64,000 nucleotides of DNA from Octopus vulgaris (Eukaryota). Under the pieces are notes generated by a model that had not been told where the DNA came from, did not search any database, and worked only from the letters and a program-made list of their open reading frames with translations. The stretch spans positions 61,690,001 to 61,754,000 of the forward strand of contig OX597824.1 of assembly GCA_951406725.2 (NCBI GenBank). The letters run 5' to 3'. The first letter of the stretch is position 1. Each line of letters starts with the position of its first letter. Shown here piece after piece: positions 40,317 to 53,800 of this stretch. The position numbers and the translations under genes are program-made.

Positions 40317-42371
40317 CACATTGACAAAACATTTTTAATGCACTTACCATGGCTTTAAAGTAACTTTACTCCTTTTCACACTCCCTTTACTTAGATTTCC
40401 TTCCAGGTTTTGGTAGTTACTTGCAGTCTTTCCTTTGGGTCCAGCAGTATTCTGCCATCATGTTTACATTCCAACCTCACTTCCGGTACCTCAATTTTTT
40501 TATGTCCTGGTGAAATCTCTCACCGTGCTCCTGCCAAGTAACCCCGAGGTGTGAGTGAAGAAAGTGCGTTCATGTTGCATCCAAGCGTTCTAAAGTTTTG
40601 AAGCGTGGTATCAAGTGTGCCTTTGTAATTTGAACAACTATTGTTTTTCAAAGAGTTCTTAAAACACTTGAAGTTCAGAGATGCCTGTTATTGAGATTCA
40701 TTCATAGATTTCTCATAATCTGGACCAACAAATATTACTGCTTTAATTTTCTCCCTGGTTATATTTGGGAATATTTGGAGACACTGCAAACATGGTCTAT
40801 TTGTAGGCAGAGAATTAACAAACTTTCATCAAATCTAGATTGATGTGCAAATGTGATAGTAGTACTTCTGTTGGTTCAGTCAAGGATTTGTGCAGAATGT
40901 TCTTGGATCCAGGTAACACACTTCTCCTTTGTGGCCAGTTTTTAACCTTCCAGTGCTTTTCTTTAGCTCTGCTGTCCCATTCATATACAAACCAAGGCAT
41001 TTTTGTGTAGCCTACCTCCCTACTGGCCTAACTTCCTACTGGCCTAAAAGCATGCCTATGCTTTTGAAATCTCCACACACTTGCCAGTGGAATTCTGCAT
41101 ACTTTATATTAAAGAAGTTGTTTTACATTTTCATGTCTCCTGTAGAATGTGCCACTGGAATGGATGAATACTTATTTATATTGTGTAGCAAGACAGTCTT
41201 CATTCAAACTCCTTTTTGAAGAATAGTCTCCATTCTGAGTGATTGCTCTTAATCTCTAAATAACTTAGCAGATTTGGAACAATATAGCAGTACACCAGAT
41301 TCATACTCAGCAAAGAGTGGTCACAACCTCGTGTTCCCTGTTACGATACCAAGAGGTTCCCAGTAACAAAAGCTTTTTAATTTTTATCCAAGAACTAAGA
41401 CGTCCTGCTGCATCCTTTGGTAGGTTCAAATCTTTCAGCAAATTATTGAGTCCTTCCTAAGTAAATAACTGGACTTTCGATTTTGTCAGGAGTGTAGTCA
41501 TCACCTTCTTCACATTTGTCTTCTTCATCACTATCTCATGTAACATTCTTCAAAGCAAGTTGGGGGTAGAGGAACTCAAATGTGAACACCATGTGCAATA
41601 TACCGTATAACCTAGGGAACACTATAATACACTATCTTATGCTTATCTTTTGCACTGTACCCTTCAACTTTAATGATGCAGAAATAACAATCGTCAGCAT
41701 GGTTACTCAGTACTCATTACACCATTGGTATTCCAAAGGGCATTTCTATTTTCTTACCAGCTTTCCAGAGTTTCAGCCTTTCCACACAAATGTGACATAC
41801 TTTGTGTGTAGCCCAAGGATTGTCACCGAGTTAATAAAAAAATAAGCGAAGTCTAGATGTTTTTAAGGGATCAGTCTCTGCTTAGTGACAGCATATGTCA
41901 CAGATGTAGTAAAATATGTTTGGATTGTTCACTTACTTACGCCTATATGTACTAATTTAAAATGAAGCTTATAAGTAAATATCACTAAAGACTGACCTCT
42001 GGAACTACGAAAATAACACTAAAGCATCAGACAGCAATTATGCACACAGCTTTTCAAGGTCGCGTTTTCTATCAGAGTTGCCAACAACTGTTTAATAAAC
42101 TTTACATTGGCTGCAATTTTACTTCTACTAATATTAGGTCAGCATTGGTTTATAGCAATCGATTTTGTTGAGCAAAATAAATCAGATAATCACTGTCATC
42201 TGATTCTCTAATACCATAATACAGAAAGAGAACAAAGCTTTATTATAGCAAATTTAGACGTGATGGAGAAAACCTAATAACAGATCTGAAATCAGCGTAA
42301 AACCTTGCTTTAGAAAGTTATGTAGACATTTAAACATCAAAAAGCATGTAGACTTTTGTTATGACCGAGTG
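40317..42371 (-). mobile_element. Chapaev-3-like (CMC superfamily) DNA transposon remnant
   Basis: NNPNIFYYIC, PWATHKVCHIC, MPFGIPMV..NHADDCYFC, EWDSRAKEKHW..WPQR..PGSKNI..LHINLDLMK, EHGERFHQDIK, MMAEYCW; CAC...GTG-like ends. The family name comes from recalled motifs. Confidence 0.7.
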
Positions 42372-42384
42372 ATAGTAATTCTCA

Positions 42385-42900
42385 GGTTGCCGACTCACTT
42401 TGCAATTAAAAGATGTCATTTAGAAAATGTTACTGTATTGCTTGGCATATTTTCTGAAATTTTCCCCCGACATCTCTCAGGCCTTCAAGTAATTCCCTCG
42501 TTTCTGGTGGTAAGTCAGGTAACTATGCTACATTGACTTTTCCATTCATACAGCAGAAGTAGGTAGGTTCTCCTGGAAATTTGAACGCTCTACAATGGGA
42601 TCATATTTGATTCATTTCTCCAGAAGATCCATCAATGTCTTGATGGTTGTGGTGTCGACGGTTAGGTTTCGAATTCATTAACCTCCTATCCAAGTCAACT
42701 CTGTCTTTCATTTTCATTCAAACGAAATTGTCTCATTCGATTTTGCTCTAGTCTTCCAGCCTTTTGGTCATAATGTTCGGTTAAACGTCGGATTTGTCTT
42801 TAGTTCTTTGTCCTTTAGATTCAAGTTTTAATCGCTCCCTTTTTTTTTATTCAGACGGCTTTCTCTGTATAGTTGATACCTCTCCCTTTCTCTGATCCTT
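42385..42900 (-). pseudogene. Helitron RepHel N-terminal zinc-binding region, decayed
   Basis: GEMNQI*SHCRAFKFPGEPTYFCCMNGKV..LPDLPPETRELLEG..YSNIF*MTSF (cf. CxxCxAxKFxGE..CCxxGKVxL..YNSxFQMTSF). Confidence 0.75.
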
Positions 42901-43249
42901 TTGGCTTCGGGGATCGGAAGGCTCAAACTAGTCCTTTTTGGTAGCTTCTGGGAAAAATATAAAAATCTCAAAATATAGGAAGAATTTCTTTCAATCCATG
43001 GAACTCCAAAACTTATATAAATTCTTAAGGAAAGCAAAAAAGGACGGACGGCCGTAGCTGCGTTGACTCCTTGAAGTGTCGCTGCCGCAAATCAACATTT
43101 TCAAGTTGATTTTTTTTTCTTAGAGTAGGAAATGACTATTGGTAATCCTTATCATTTTAAGCAAAGGGCAGGAGCAGAGACAACTTTGAGTTTTAGTATA
43201 ATTTAGATATTTGCTCATATATTTCATATGAAAATGTGCTACTGCTATA

Positions 43250-43372
43250 ACATATAGGAAAAAGTTGAAGGAACGAAAAGAAGAGAGACCGACCTGGTGA
43301 TCAATGGCAAAGCTAAAGAAAGGACAGTTGCCGAAGCTGGAGAGTCCATGGGAAGGGCTCTGCAAATAAAGG
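43250..43372 (+). pseudogene. Possible Gypsy integrase C-terminal (GPY/F) scrap
   Basis: DLV..KLKKGQLPKLESPWEGLCK (cf. GDxV..KKGxSPKLxxxWEGPY); short. Confidence 0.4.
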
Positions 43373-43429
43373 ATGTAATTCAAATTTTTCAAATTTTCCC
43401 TATAAAGAGGGTCTTTTGATGCTTGAATT

Positions 43430-45265
43430 GACTATATTAACGCTTGTTCTCTTGACAAACGGTTCATCTTTGTTGCAGAAATCTGTGTTCGGTAAACAGC
43501 TTCAAAGCATTCTGTTATTGATATTTCATCCTAAACGATAAGTTTTGTTTCTCTGACACTAAAGCTGGATTTCTTATCAATGCCGCAGACTGAATTCTCT
43601 TGAACTAAGATTGGTATCTTGAATTGGGAATGAACCTTTCGTCCATCCGGCATCAACGTAGCTGCAATTCCTGTTGAAAGTACTATTTGACATTTACCTC
43701 TGACATAAACTAATAAGGTATTTGTGAGGAAAATTTGTCCAGTTCCTCCTGGTGCTTCAATGAAGATGAGTGAGTGAGTCCAAATATCCTACATGGTTAC
43801 AAACGGCCCTTCATTAAGCAATGATGTTCTTTACGCAACAACATTTCGCTGTTCATCCATGACGTAGTTCAATTTATGAAAGAATTCGTGATTCTTCATT
43901 ATTATGAGGAAGAGATAAATTGAAATCTATTTTTTTTTAAAATTTCAATTTTTCTTGTACATACTTCAGTGATACTTCATGATGTTTTTGTTGACATAAT
44001 AGGCGAAGATCTTTCCTCTGTTGCTGTCCTTTTAATGTCTCCCAATGAGCTTATTGATCTGACGAATCTCCATGTGAGGATCACGATGAATGTACTTCAT
44101 TTTCTCAGGAAGCATTATTGTTGGTGAGTCTTGCATAGTATTGATCCAAATCTGGTCTGCTTCCAGAAGCCCTCTTTCTTTATATGCCTTCTTAAATTTA
44201 GGAAGTATCGTCCCGTTATATTTTCGTAAAACGAAGACATTTTCAGATCTACGAATTTATACAATAAAATACAGTTCTCCTGCCTATGTTGTGAAAACAT
44301 AAACACTACCAAATATTTCTCCTTTGAAAACGTTCAAATAGCTTTCAACTTTTTTCCTGCATTCTTTGCCATTCGTTGATACTACTGTTCACCATGAAAT
44401 ACATGGGAACTTTCAGTATAGTCATCAGTCATACACAATGAAAAAATTCTGTCAATGTTGTTCTCTTATGTCGTTCATTGACAGCCATACTCTCATCATT
44501 TCTGAGCAATGTTCTTTCTGTATCTGGTAGATGAACTTGGTTTCACTAATGCAGGTGCTCTTTCATGAATTGAAAATCTTAAAATGAATGCAATTGCTTC
44601 GGATGGTCCAATTAGACATTGACTAATTTCGTTGTCATTGTTTATTTGAACAGCAGCTTGTTCATTTCCTTTTAGCATGTATTTGATCGACCTCATTGAG
44701 GCGACGATTTCAGTGTTGCAGTTGCATTTTAATGCTCTTAAGAGCTTCATTATAAGGTACAGTCCATTTGTTGCTGATTGTTTTTTCATTTTTAAGAGAT
44801 CCAACTCCTCCCTTTGCAACTGATCATCTATAAAAAGGATAAGAATCTTCTCTACAGACAGTACTATGCAAGTATTCTTTGCGAATTATCTTGGAGTATG
44901 ATCCATTTTTCCAGCATGGAGAATCTGCATTACAATATGGACCATGAGCGTCGACTAAATCATGTTCCTTATCTGTTAATGGATCTGGAATTTCTCTTTG
45001 TACATAGTCAGCAATTTCATTTGGTCTTATATTTTTTTAGCAACCGAAAAGGGGCATGCAAGTGTGGCAATTCACGTTTTTGATATTTAAAAATGATGAG
45101 TATGTGCTTTCATTTCACTTCAGTTTTTCCTTGACAATGAAGTCGATAAACTTGTTTCTTAATTTGGAAAGCACTTGCAATCAGATTTGGCCTATCAGAT
45201 ACCACCTGTCCAAGAAAAAGATTTTGAATAATCTTTAACCATTTGGAAAGACACCTAAGTGCAAT
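43430..45265 (-). pseudogene. Helitron RepHel remnant (HUH Rep domain to helicase motif I/Ia)
   Basis: DRPNLIASAF, KYQKRELPHLH (EFQKRGLPHxH), HGPYCNADSPC, VPYN..CNTEIVASMRSIKY, IGPSEA..FSIHER, FIEAPGGTGQIF..STGIAATLMPDGRKVHSQFKIP. Confidence 0.85.
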
Positions 45266-45294
45266 GAATTACGATGGTGTTGCTGTCATGAAGG

Positions 45295-45790
45295 CCGAAT
45301 ATTGCAACATTCCTAAATATTTTCCCCGGTGAAGTAACGATTCCGCCAGCTCACCGTCTAAGAACAACCAATAATAATCCTTTCTACTATAGGTACAAAG
45401 CAGGAACTTTAAAGGGCGCTGATAATCGATTGCATCGAACCAGCGTTCGATTCGTACTTGTTTTATCAGCCTTGAAACAATGAATAGCAAAGTCGAGCCA
45501 AGCAGAATTTCAACTGAGCCTGACAAAATGTCGCTAATAATTTCGCCCAACGTACAACCGATTCTGCCATCTTGCCGCTCAAGAGCAATCAACAGTAATA
45601 ATATCACTTTCATGTTTTGGTACAAGGAACGGGTCTATTAGATCGACCCCAGTGTTCAACTGGTACATATTTTAACGATCCTTAAAGGCAGCATTAACTT
45701 CGTTAGAATTTGAATTGTGAACGTAAAGACGTACGTAATGCCGCTAGCCATTTAACCCGGCGCTATAACGGCTCTTTGAGCTTGCCATCT
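45295..45790 (-). mobile_element. Cluster of three family A SINE pieces in tandem
   Basis: Three head motifs (..CGATTCYGCCAKCT..CCG..) ending at ~45358, ~45580 and ~45787, with family A bodies. Confidence 0.65.
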
Positions 45791-47236
45791 AAAAATAAGC
45801 AACAATAATAATATCCTTTTTGTTGTCTTAATTCATTCAAATCCAAATTTCACTGGCTTCTAAGATTTACAGTTACATTCTGAAATGTTATTTAATTTTG
45901 TCGCAACGGAATAAATACAAATGAAATCTAATTATAATTCTAAGGACGTTTTAGTTAACGAATTTTAATTTTCGTTTAATAAATTTACTATCTTAATTGT
46001 TCTCCTATTATCTATTGCATTCATCTATAACTCTAAGGGATTTCAACTTTTTCTGTGTTTCGTGATGTGTTTTCCTCTTAAAATTTTTATCCTTCAATTT
46101 TATATCGTTAACCTAAAAAATACAGAAACGTTTGAAGCATTAAGATTGTAAAAAATAAAACCAGCAAAATTAAAGAGTAACCAAAAGGAGCAGAAAGAAA
46201 TATTAGAATCTAGTATAAAAAAGATAAAATCAATAAATTTCTGCACAATTAATCATCCTTCTACGATCGATTAAATTTGGAACACAAGCAACTAAATAGT
46301 TCATGATGTTTTTTCTTCCGCTTCTTTCATTTGTATCTCATAAAAGAGAAAAATTGAACATTAAACTGATATAACGTCTGTATACATAAACAGAGAATGG
46401 TACGTGTGTGTATATATATATATATATTATAATTATATGTATGCAAGTATATATCATAAATAGGCATACATATATATCATATAGGTATATATATGTATAT
46501 ATATATATATATATTGTTACTATATATATGTATGCGTATGTATATATATATATGTGCATATATATATATGAATATACACATATGTGTATCATATATGTCT
46601 ATATATATATAGTTATTCTACCAAATATATTCGTTTTATTTATTATTTTGCACATTATTTAATGATTGGCATATGTTTTATCGTATATTTAATTTTTCTA
46701 TAAGTAATTTTTTCTAAATGGTATAATTTAATTATTTCATTGTTGAATTGATAAAAGGTGTTTTTTCCTAATTGACATACATATATATATATATATGCAT
46801 TTACACACAAATATATCGTATATATATATATATATATATATACACGCAAATATGCATATATATATGGATCCCTAGCGGTGTCTACAATGCGTATTCAATT
46901 ACTCGATCCGATGAACTTCGTGCGCATTGAATGTTCGTGTGACTATAAATTAGAATAAAAAAAGTGATAAGGTCATTTATTTGCAGGTACAATACACTTG
47001 ACAAGCGTCAACAAAGCTTCCTTGTATCCAGTTTTGCTCATAAGGTGTCGGGTGACCTTTAGCTAGAATACTAGACGCTTGTCCACAATAGTACAATATG
47101 GGATTGAACACAACCCTTCTGATTGCACATTTCATTAAATTTCCGCCATGCTGCATCTACAGTAACAATATGCTAATAAATTTATAGGCTATTCACAGAC
47201 GTGTGCTTGTAAATATGAATGCATATATACATGTAT

Positions 47237-47307
<71 letters not shown>

Positions 47308-47371
47308 CATGCGTGTGTGTGTGCGTCCGTGTGTGTGTGTGTGTGTGTGTATTAATATATTCATAAGTATA

Positions 47372-47580
47372 GAGGGAAGTGAGCTGGCAGAATTGCTACC
47401 GTTACAGCAACATGCTTAGCAGCATTTCACCCGTCTTTACGTTCTGAATTCAAATTCCGCCGAGGTCGACTTTGCTTTTCTTCCGCATGTGGCCGATAAA
47501 TAAGTAACAGTTGAACACTGGAATGGATATAATCGACTTAATCCCTCGTCCGAAACTTCTGGCATTGAGCCAAAATTTTA
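47372..47580 (+). mobile_element. SINE family A
   Basis: GTGAGCTGGCAGAATTG, TTCAAATTCCGCCGAGGTCGACTTTGC, GATAAATAAGTAACAG. Confidence 0.85.
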
Positions 47581-47588
47581 AATCTATG

Positions 47589-47703
<115 letters not shown>

Positions 47704-47744
47704 TGTATGTATGTATGTATGAGTGTGTGTATATGTGTGTGGGT

Positions 47745-48042
47745 GGGGGGTGCAATGGCACAGTGGTTAGGTGAGCGGACTCGTGGTTGTAATATCGCGG
47801 TTTCGATTCCCGGGCGTTGCGAGTGTTTATTAAGCGAAAGCACCTAAAGGTCCACGATGTTCCTGCAGTGGATGGTAACGATCCCTGCTGTACTTTTGCG
47901 CCTCAATTTCTCTCACCCTTTCTTCTGTTGGCCTGCTCGCTTAGCCAGCGGGGTGACGTCATTTGAAGGCTATAACAATGCGAAGCGCATTGTGACCAGT
48001 GATGTGTAGCAATATCTGATAGCCTGGTCGGTCACGGTGATA
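47745..48042 (+). mobile_element. tRNA-derived SINE, family D
   Basis: A box TGGCACAGTGG, B box GGTTTCGATTCC, and a body unlike families A-C. Confidence 0.7.
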
Positions 48043-48736
48043 TACATATATATAAATGTGTGTGTGTGTGTGTGTCTGTGTGTGTGTGTGCGTGATATTC
48101 CTTCGTTAACTGAAATACTCAAGACTACAAAAACTTGAATTTATCTTTTATGTACCCAGAATAATATTTAGATAGAGAGGAGTTGAACTTGTTAGAAAAA
48201 GGAGCGAAAAATACGAAGTTAGGAAACCTGTTTTAATATTACTTCATATACATAGCTTACACTTCCAAGCCCGCTTCGTGCCAAGTCAGTCACGCGTCTC
48301 AAATCTAAATTAAAAATTGCTATTAAATTAATGTCGTTCTTCTAGAAGTTTCCATGGTTATGTTCAGTCCATTAAGCAAATTGATAATGATTATAGAAAT
48401 TAGTTAATCAAATAAATCTAAATTGCATTGGTACTTAAATCTGAAAGCAATAACGATCTTCTGTTTAAGGTTTATAGGTCAAGAAATGTTTGGCTTGTTG
48501 AAGTCGAATAGGGATTATAGAGTCTTAAATTTGAATATACTTGGCACATATGGGGGTCATAATGCATAGGTATTTTATCATAACAATCCCATGGTGAATG
48601 TATCTGTCCCCATAGCGGTGATATTTGTATGAAGGCATTACCCCAATTACAAATATAGTAAGTGCTTTATCTCTTGGGCTTGTCCCTTGGACAGAATCTT
48701 CTAAATTCATGAGATTTTTTGGACAAAAGTTGATAA

Positions 48737-48772
48737 GCGTAGGAGTGGCTGTGTGGTAAGTAGCTTGCTAAC
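48737..48772 (+). mobile_element. 5' end (A-box half) of a family B SINE split by insertions
   Basis: GCGTAGGAGTGGCTGTGTGGTAAGTAGCTTGCTAAC matches the head of the 18-kb copy; the SINE resumes at 56669. Confidence 0.85.
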
Positions 48773-48954
48773 CTCCGACGTGTTCGGAGGTGTTTTTTTA
48801 TGCGGTGAGTCACACGGATAATTTTTCTGCTGTTTATTGTTGAATATTTTTGTGAACTTTTGTGCTTTTTTCCCGGTGACGGGAAAAAGTAATTGTTGTA
48901 AGACAACAAAAAAATAATTAATATTGAATTATTAATATTGTTGAACTTGTTAAA

Positions 48955-49270
48955 GCCGTTGTAGGCTTTATTGTTGTATCCCCCACCCGGCGGGGGTGGC
49001 AATTGAACTGTTATCCTTATTAAGAGGGAAAAAAAATATTATAGGCTTCCCGTTTTGGGGATAGCAAATTGTTATTGTGGAAAAATTTAATTTTAGCCAT
49101 TGTAGGTTCTATTGTGACATCCACCCGTAGCACGGGCGAGATTTGAACTGTTTTGGAAAAATATAGGTTTCCCTTTTTGGGGATTTCGTTGTGGTGGAAA
49201 ATAATTTCAAATCGTCGTAGACTTCGTTGCTACGTCTCACCCCCCAGCGGGGGTGGGATTTGAACCTAGG
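48955..49270 (+). repeat. About 2.5 diverged tandem monomers (~120-140 bp) in the LINE 5' UTR
   Basis: Recurring blocks TGTAGG..CACCC..GGG.G.GA(T)TTGAAC and TATAGG.TTCCC.TTTTGGGGAT..GTGGAAAA. Confidence 0.75.
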
Positions 49271-49374
49271 ACTGCGAGCATTTAAAAAATTTATTACTTT
49301 TGTCCTCTGTGAGAGGAAAATTTCTTTTTTTGAAAGGTCTACCAGTTTTGTAGGAAACCAATTACTTTTCAACC

Positions 49375-50790
49375 ATGTCGGTTGAAATAATACATGAAAA
49401 ATCTGCTCTTGAAGAGAGCAATGTTGATGTTAGCAATTGCGCCAACGCTGTAAAAAAGTTTTCGGCAGTTGCTGAAGTATCAACCGAAAATATAGATATC
49501 TCTGCAGACATGCTGCAGGGATATATTAAAAGAATGAAGGAGGAGGGAGGTGATGTTGTGATATCGCCCTCCTCCACCGTGCTAGAAACGGAAAAGAGGA
49601 CCGTGGTGTTTAAAACCTTCTGCCCACAAGACAAAAGGTTTAAGCACTTCGGGAAGGAAACCATTGAAAAATGCCTGGCCCCGATATGGAGGGGTATAGT
49701 GTATATCTCGAGGGGACGGGCATACGGATACGTTGAGGTTCAATTATCAGAGGAAAAGGTGGCTCGCGGGCACGCCGTGTGCCCCCTGAAAACCAAGGAA
49801 GTGGTACTTTTGCCAACGTACAGGGGCCGACGAACATCCCGTGTAAGGATTAACGAAATCCCACCCACAGTAGACCCGAAAGAAGTGGTGGCCGGCCTGT
49901 TGTTTAACAGGACGGACCGGATAAACATATTAGAGACCACAAGTTCCGCCTCACAGATGTGGTTAGGGTGGAACATAACGGTTTTAATACAAGGCAAACA
50001 GGAGGACATTCAGGCCCTACCAGAGAGAATACTCGTTGGGGAGAATGTGGCCCTTAGGGTACAAGTGGAAGGCCGTAAGCCCACCTGTTACCAATGCGGA
50101 AAAAAGGGCCACATTCGAGCTGACTGTGAGGAAAATAAAAGTTGTTGCAAACACCAGGCCCCTCAAATAACAAAAGAAAACCAACCCCTCACAAACACAA
50201 AAACTCCTACCCCCGTTGTTGAGGTGCTAGTCCCCAAACAAAGCACAGAAAAACCCAGTCCCGGCACGCACAAGTCCCTACATAAACAAAATGACCCAAC
50301 CCTCTTGGAAGACCCGGCACCAACGGAAAACACTGCGCCGAAAGAAACTGCCACCAACCCCTCAGATAACACCATGGAGGTTTCAGAGGGTGGATTCACA
50401 CTAGTGGGAAAGAAACGTTCCCGTAGACCTTCCCCACCCATATCCCCTACACAAAACAGAAAAAACGCACCACAGACACCAAAAAAGAAACCCTGCCCAT
50501 CTCTCCCGGAAGAAAACAAAAATGTTATGTTGGTGGAATACGATACAATAGACACGTATACAAGTGACGCCATTTTAAAGCACAAAAAGACTATGCTGCA
50601 CATCCAACACCATGATTTGAAAAACAGATGTGCAAGGGTAGAAGAATCCCTATACCGGGAACTAAAGGACAAAAACCAGATGGCCATATGGAAGATTGTG
50701 GATTTACCGGGTTACGCGAAGAGAGAGAAAATGGGGACGGATCCACGTGTGGTGAGGTCAGCCCCCACATCTCCAAAGAAATGTAAGTAG
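49375..50790 (+). CDS. Tx1-type ORF1 nucleic-acid-binding protein (471 aa, open)
   Basis: Longest ORF in the window; CCHC knuckle CYQCGKKGHIRADC, RRM-like N-terminal half, low-complexity Pro/Thr/Lys region; directly upstream of an APE-RT ORF2. Confidence 0.88.
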   Translation: MSVEIIHEKSALEESNVDVSNCANAVKKFSAVAEVSTENIDISADMLQGYIKRMKEEGGDVVISPSSTVLETEKRTVVFKTFCPQDKRFKHFGKETIEKCLAPIWRGIVYISRGRAYGYVEVQLSEEKVARGHAVCPLKTKEVVLLPTYRGRRTSRVRINEIPPTVDPKEVVAGLLFNRTDRINILETTSSASQMWLGWNITVLIQGKQEDIQALPERILVGENVALRVQVEGRKPTCYQCGKKGHIRADCEENKSCCKHQAPQITKENQPLTNTKTPTPVVEVLVPKQSTEKPSPGTHKSLHKQNDPTLLEDPAPTENTAPKETATNPSDNTMEVSEGGFTLVGKKRSRRPSPPISPTQNRKNAPQTPKKKPCPSLPEENKNVMLVEYDTIDTYTSDAILKHKKTMLHIQHHDLKNRCARVEESLYRELKDKNQMAIWKIVDLPGYAKREKMGTDPRVVRSAPTSPKKCK

Positions 50791-50807
50791 AACCTTCACT
50801 TTTTGTA

Positions 50808-53800
50808 ATGGCGTCTCTTAACCTTGGTTGTTTGAATGTGCCTGATCTGAGTTCGAAGTGGAAGCAGGCGTGTTTCCACGACGATCTCAGATCACATGAT
50901 ATGCATGTGATGGTTGCTACAGAGACCAGGTTGGACAGTCTACAAACCTTCTCGCCTCTCCTGAATAGCTACGAGAAAATCATGTCTCCCGGTCAGACCG
51001 GAGGACGAGGGGCGTAGTGGTACTGATCCGTAAAAACTTGGCTCTGCAGACAAGTACAGTCTATGTGGACCCTGAAGGTGGGCTGGTCGTCCTTGATTTG
51101 ACATACAGCAGTAAGGCCTTCAGGTTGATCGGACTCTATGCACCTTGTGCTAGAGGCTTCCAAACTGATTTTTATCGGCGCCTACAGAACTTTCTCGTGA
51201 CGTCGAAGACTTTAGTAGTATTAGGAGACTTTAATGTTATCGTTGACGTACACATCGATAGTGTTGGCTCGATCCATAGGAAAGTGAACTCACGTCTCGT
51301 GGACCTGCTTAAGCGGTTTCAGCTGGCAGATCGTTACATACTTGACCATCCGAATGTCCCAGAGTGGACCTGGATGAGTAGCGACGGAAGGTTCAAGTCT
51401 TATCTAGACAGGATAGTGATAAGAACTAGAGATAAGTCTAGTTTTAGTTGTCCACAGCTCGTCCAGGTGCCCTATACGGACCATAGAATGGTCAAGTGTA
51501 GACTGGACATAGGTAGCACACTAAAGATATGAAACGGCTACTGGAAGCTGAACAAGTCTATTTTGACTTGTGAGGCATACCGCAATCGGATTAAGGAGTT
51601 AGTGCAGAGGGCGTTAACCGGAGCCGTGGTTAATAACCGGTGGTGGTTCGCCCTGAAAAGAGCCATTCGATTCGAGTCAATTAGGTTTAGTAAGCAACTA
51701 AGACTAGATAAGGCTAGATTAGAAGGGCAATTAGCTAAGAAGTTAGAGGAGGCGTTGAGGTTGGGCTCTGCATCTCACATTTTGGCGGCGAGAACGGCTT
51801 TAGACCGTCACCTCAAAACCAAACATGAGGGGTGTAGAGTTCGGGCTAAAGTACGAGCATTGGGCCGCGAGGGAATTTATGTTGCCGGATGGGCCCGTAC
51901 GATAGAAACCCAGCGTGGCAACAATGCCACAATTAGGTCTCTTGTTGATGGAAACGGATGCACGGTGAAGGAACGGGACGAGATGTGTGAGACACTTTAC
52001 AAGCACTTCGCCTTGTTGTTCGGGAGGTGCGGGACGCTGGATCATGGTGAGGCCCTTAGGGACTTCCTGTCTGGTGGCCCGCGGCTCTCGGCACTAAAGG
52101 CTGAGTGCTGTGAGGGGCCAATCACAGCCGAGGAAGTAATCGAGGCGTTGGGCGAGTGCCCCGGGGAGAAGTCGCCGGGTCTCGATGGTCTGTCCTATGA
52201 GTTTTTAAAAAGTATGCCAGACTTGTTCGGGCACCTGCTGGCTAGCGTCTTCGCCAACTGGCAGCAGAATGGGAAAATTCCCAAGTCTGTGAGCCGGGGT
52301 GCGGTGAAGTTCGTTGATCAAGAAGGACCCGAGCAAGGAGGACGAGATAGGCAACTTCAGGCCCATAAATTTGCTGAACACAGAGTTAAAGATTTTGGCC
52401 AAGGTGCTGGCGAAAAGGTTGGCGCGGGTCGTGGATAAACTTGTCGGAGAAGCGCAAACGTGCGCTATCCCGGGCAGGACGATACACGACAATCTCCACC
52501 TTATACGCTACTCCTTAGAGAGGGTCGGGAAGCTTTCTGGCGCAGGGGGGGGCACTGGTACATTTAGACCAGTCTAAAGCAGTTGATAGGGTCGACCATC
52601 GGTACTTGGCGGCGGTCCTCGGGGGGGGGGGGCTGGCCTGGGCCCGACCTTTCGAGGCTGGATCGCTGCTTTGTATAGCGACATCGAGTCTGTGGTCAAG
52701 GTGAACGGCTTCCTTTCGAAGCCGTTCAGGATCGAGCGTTCAGTTCGGCAGGGGTGTCCCCTGTCTCCACTTCTATATGCGTTGGCTCTTGAGCCCTTGC
52801 TGCGGAAGTTGGGGGCAATAGGGGGCGCACCGCATGATCTATGGCGTGGAAGAGGAGCTACGGCGTACGCGGATGACATCTCCATCATCGTGGCAGATGA
52901 GGACCAGCTTCCAGTGGTGGAAGAGGCCATCAAAAGCTACGAGGTGGTGGCAGGAGCAAAGGTGAACAAGGACAAGTCGGTCGGTTTGCAACTCGGCACC
53001 TGGAGGGGCAAGCCGATGCCGTCCAATAACGTAGTGGGGCGTTGGACGGAAGGTCCTGTTAAGCTGCTCGGAGTCTGGTTCGGGCCAGACCTCCAGATAG
53101 AGAAAAATTGGAGTGAAGTGGCCGGCAAGGTGACCGCTCTAACCCAGACCTGGTCTGGACGGGCGTTATCCCTGCTAGGGAGGGCGGAGGTGGTGCAGAT
53201 GTTCATAGCATCAGTAGTCACCTACCGCCTGACCGTGGTGCCTTGCCCCGATTTGTGGCTGAACAAGTTGGAGAGAATCCTTTTCCACTTTTTGTGGAAA
53301 GGAGGGAAGCCACTTGTAAAGCGCTCTGTCTGCTGCCAGAAACCGCTAAAGGGTGGGCTAGGGATGCCTTGGCTGAAGATGCGAAAGGTCGCGTTAAGGT
53401 TGAGGCACCTCTGGCTTTACTTGGATGGAGAACAGGTGTGGTCACCGCACGTTCTGTTCTACTTTCCGCGATTAACGTCCTTAACGGACATTGGTAAATG
53501 GATCAAGCAGAGACCTAGGCTGGGGGACTGGCAATTGGAGTGCCGTCAGGCACTTCAGCTACTCTCTCGGGCGGGCAATGCCGGTAACAGGAGTTCCACC
53601 GCGGATTTCTATAGCGGGTTAGTGGAGGTTAAGTCCGAAGACGCCTTGGGGGACACCCTGGGCTACGATGAAAATCAGTTGACCAACCTGTTCCGGAGAA
53701 CGTTCGGGCCGGGGTACCTGGATAATTACCAGAAATACCTGGCCTGGCAGTGTTTCCGTGCGGCGTAACCTGTTCGCGACAAGCTGTCAAGGCACGGAAG

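Noticed and set aside
47745-47815. Possible tRNA gene (A and B boxes), likewise at 14530-14600
   Set aside because: No acceptor stem or full cloverleaf; continues into SINE bodies.
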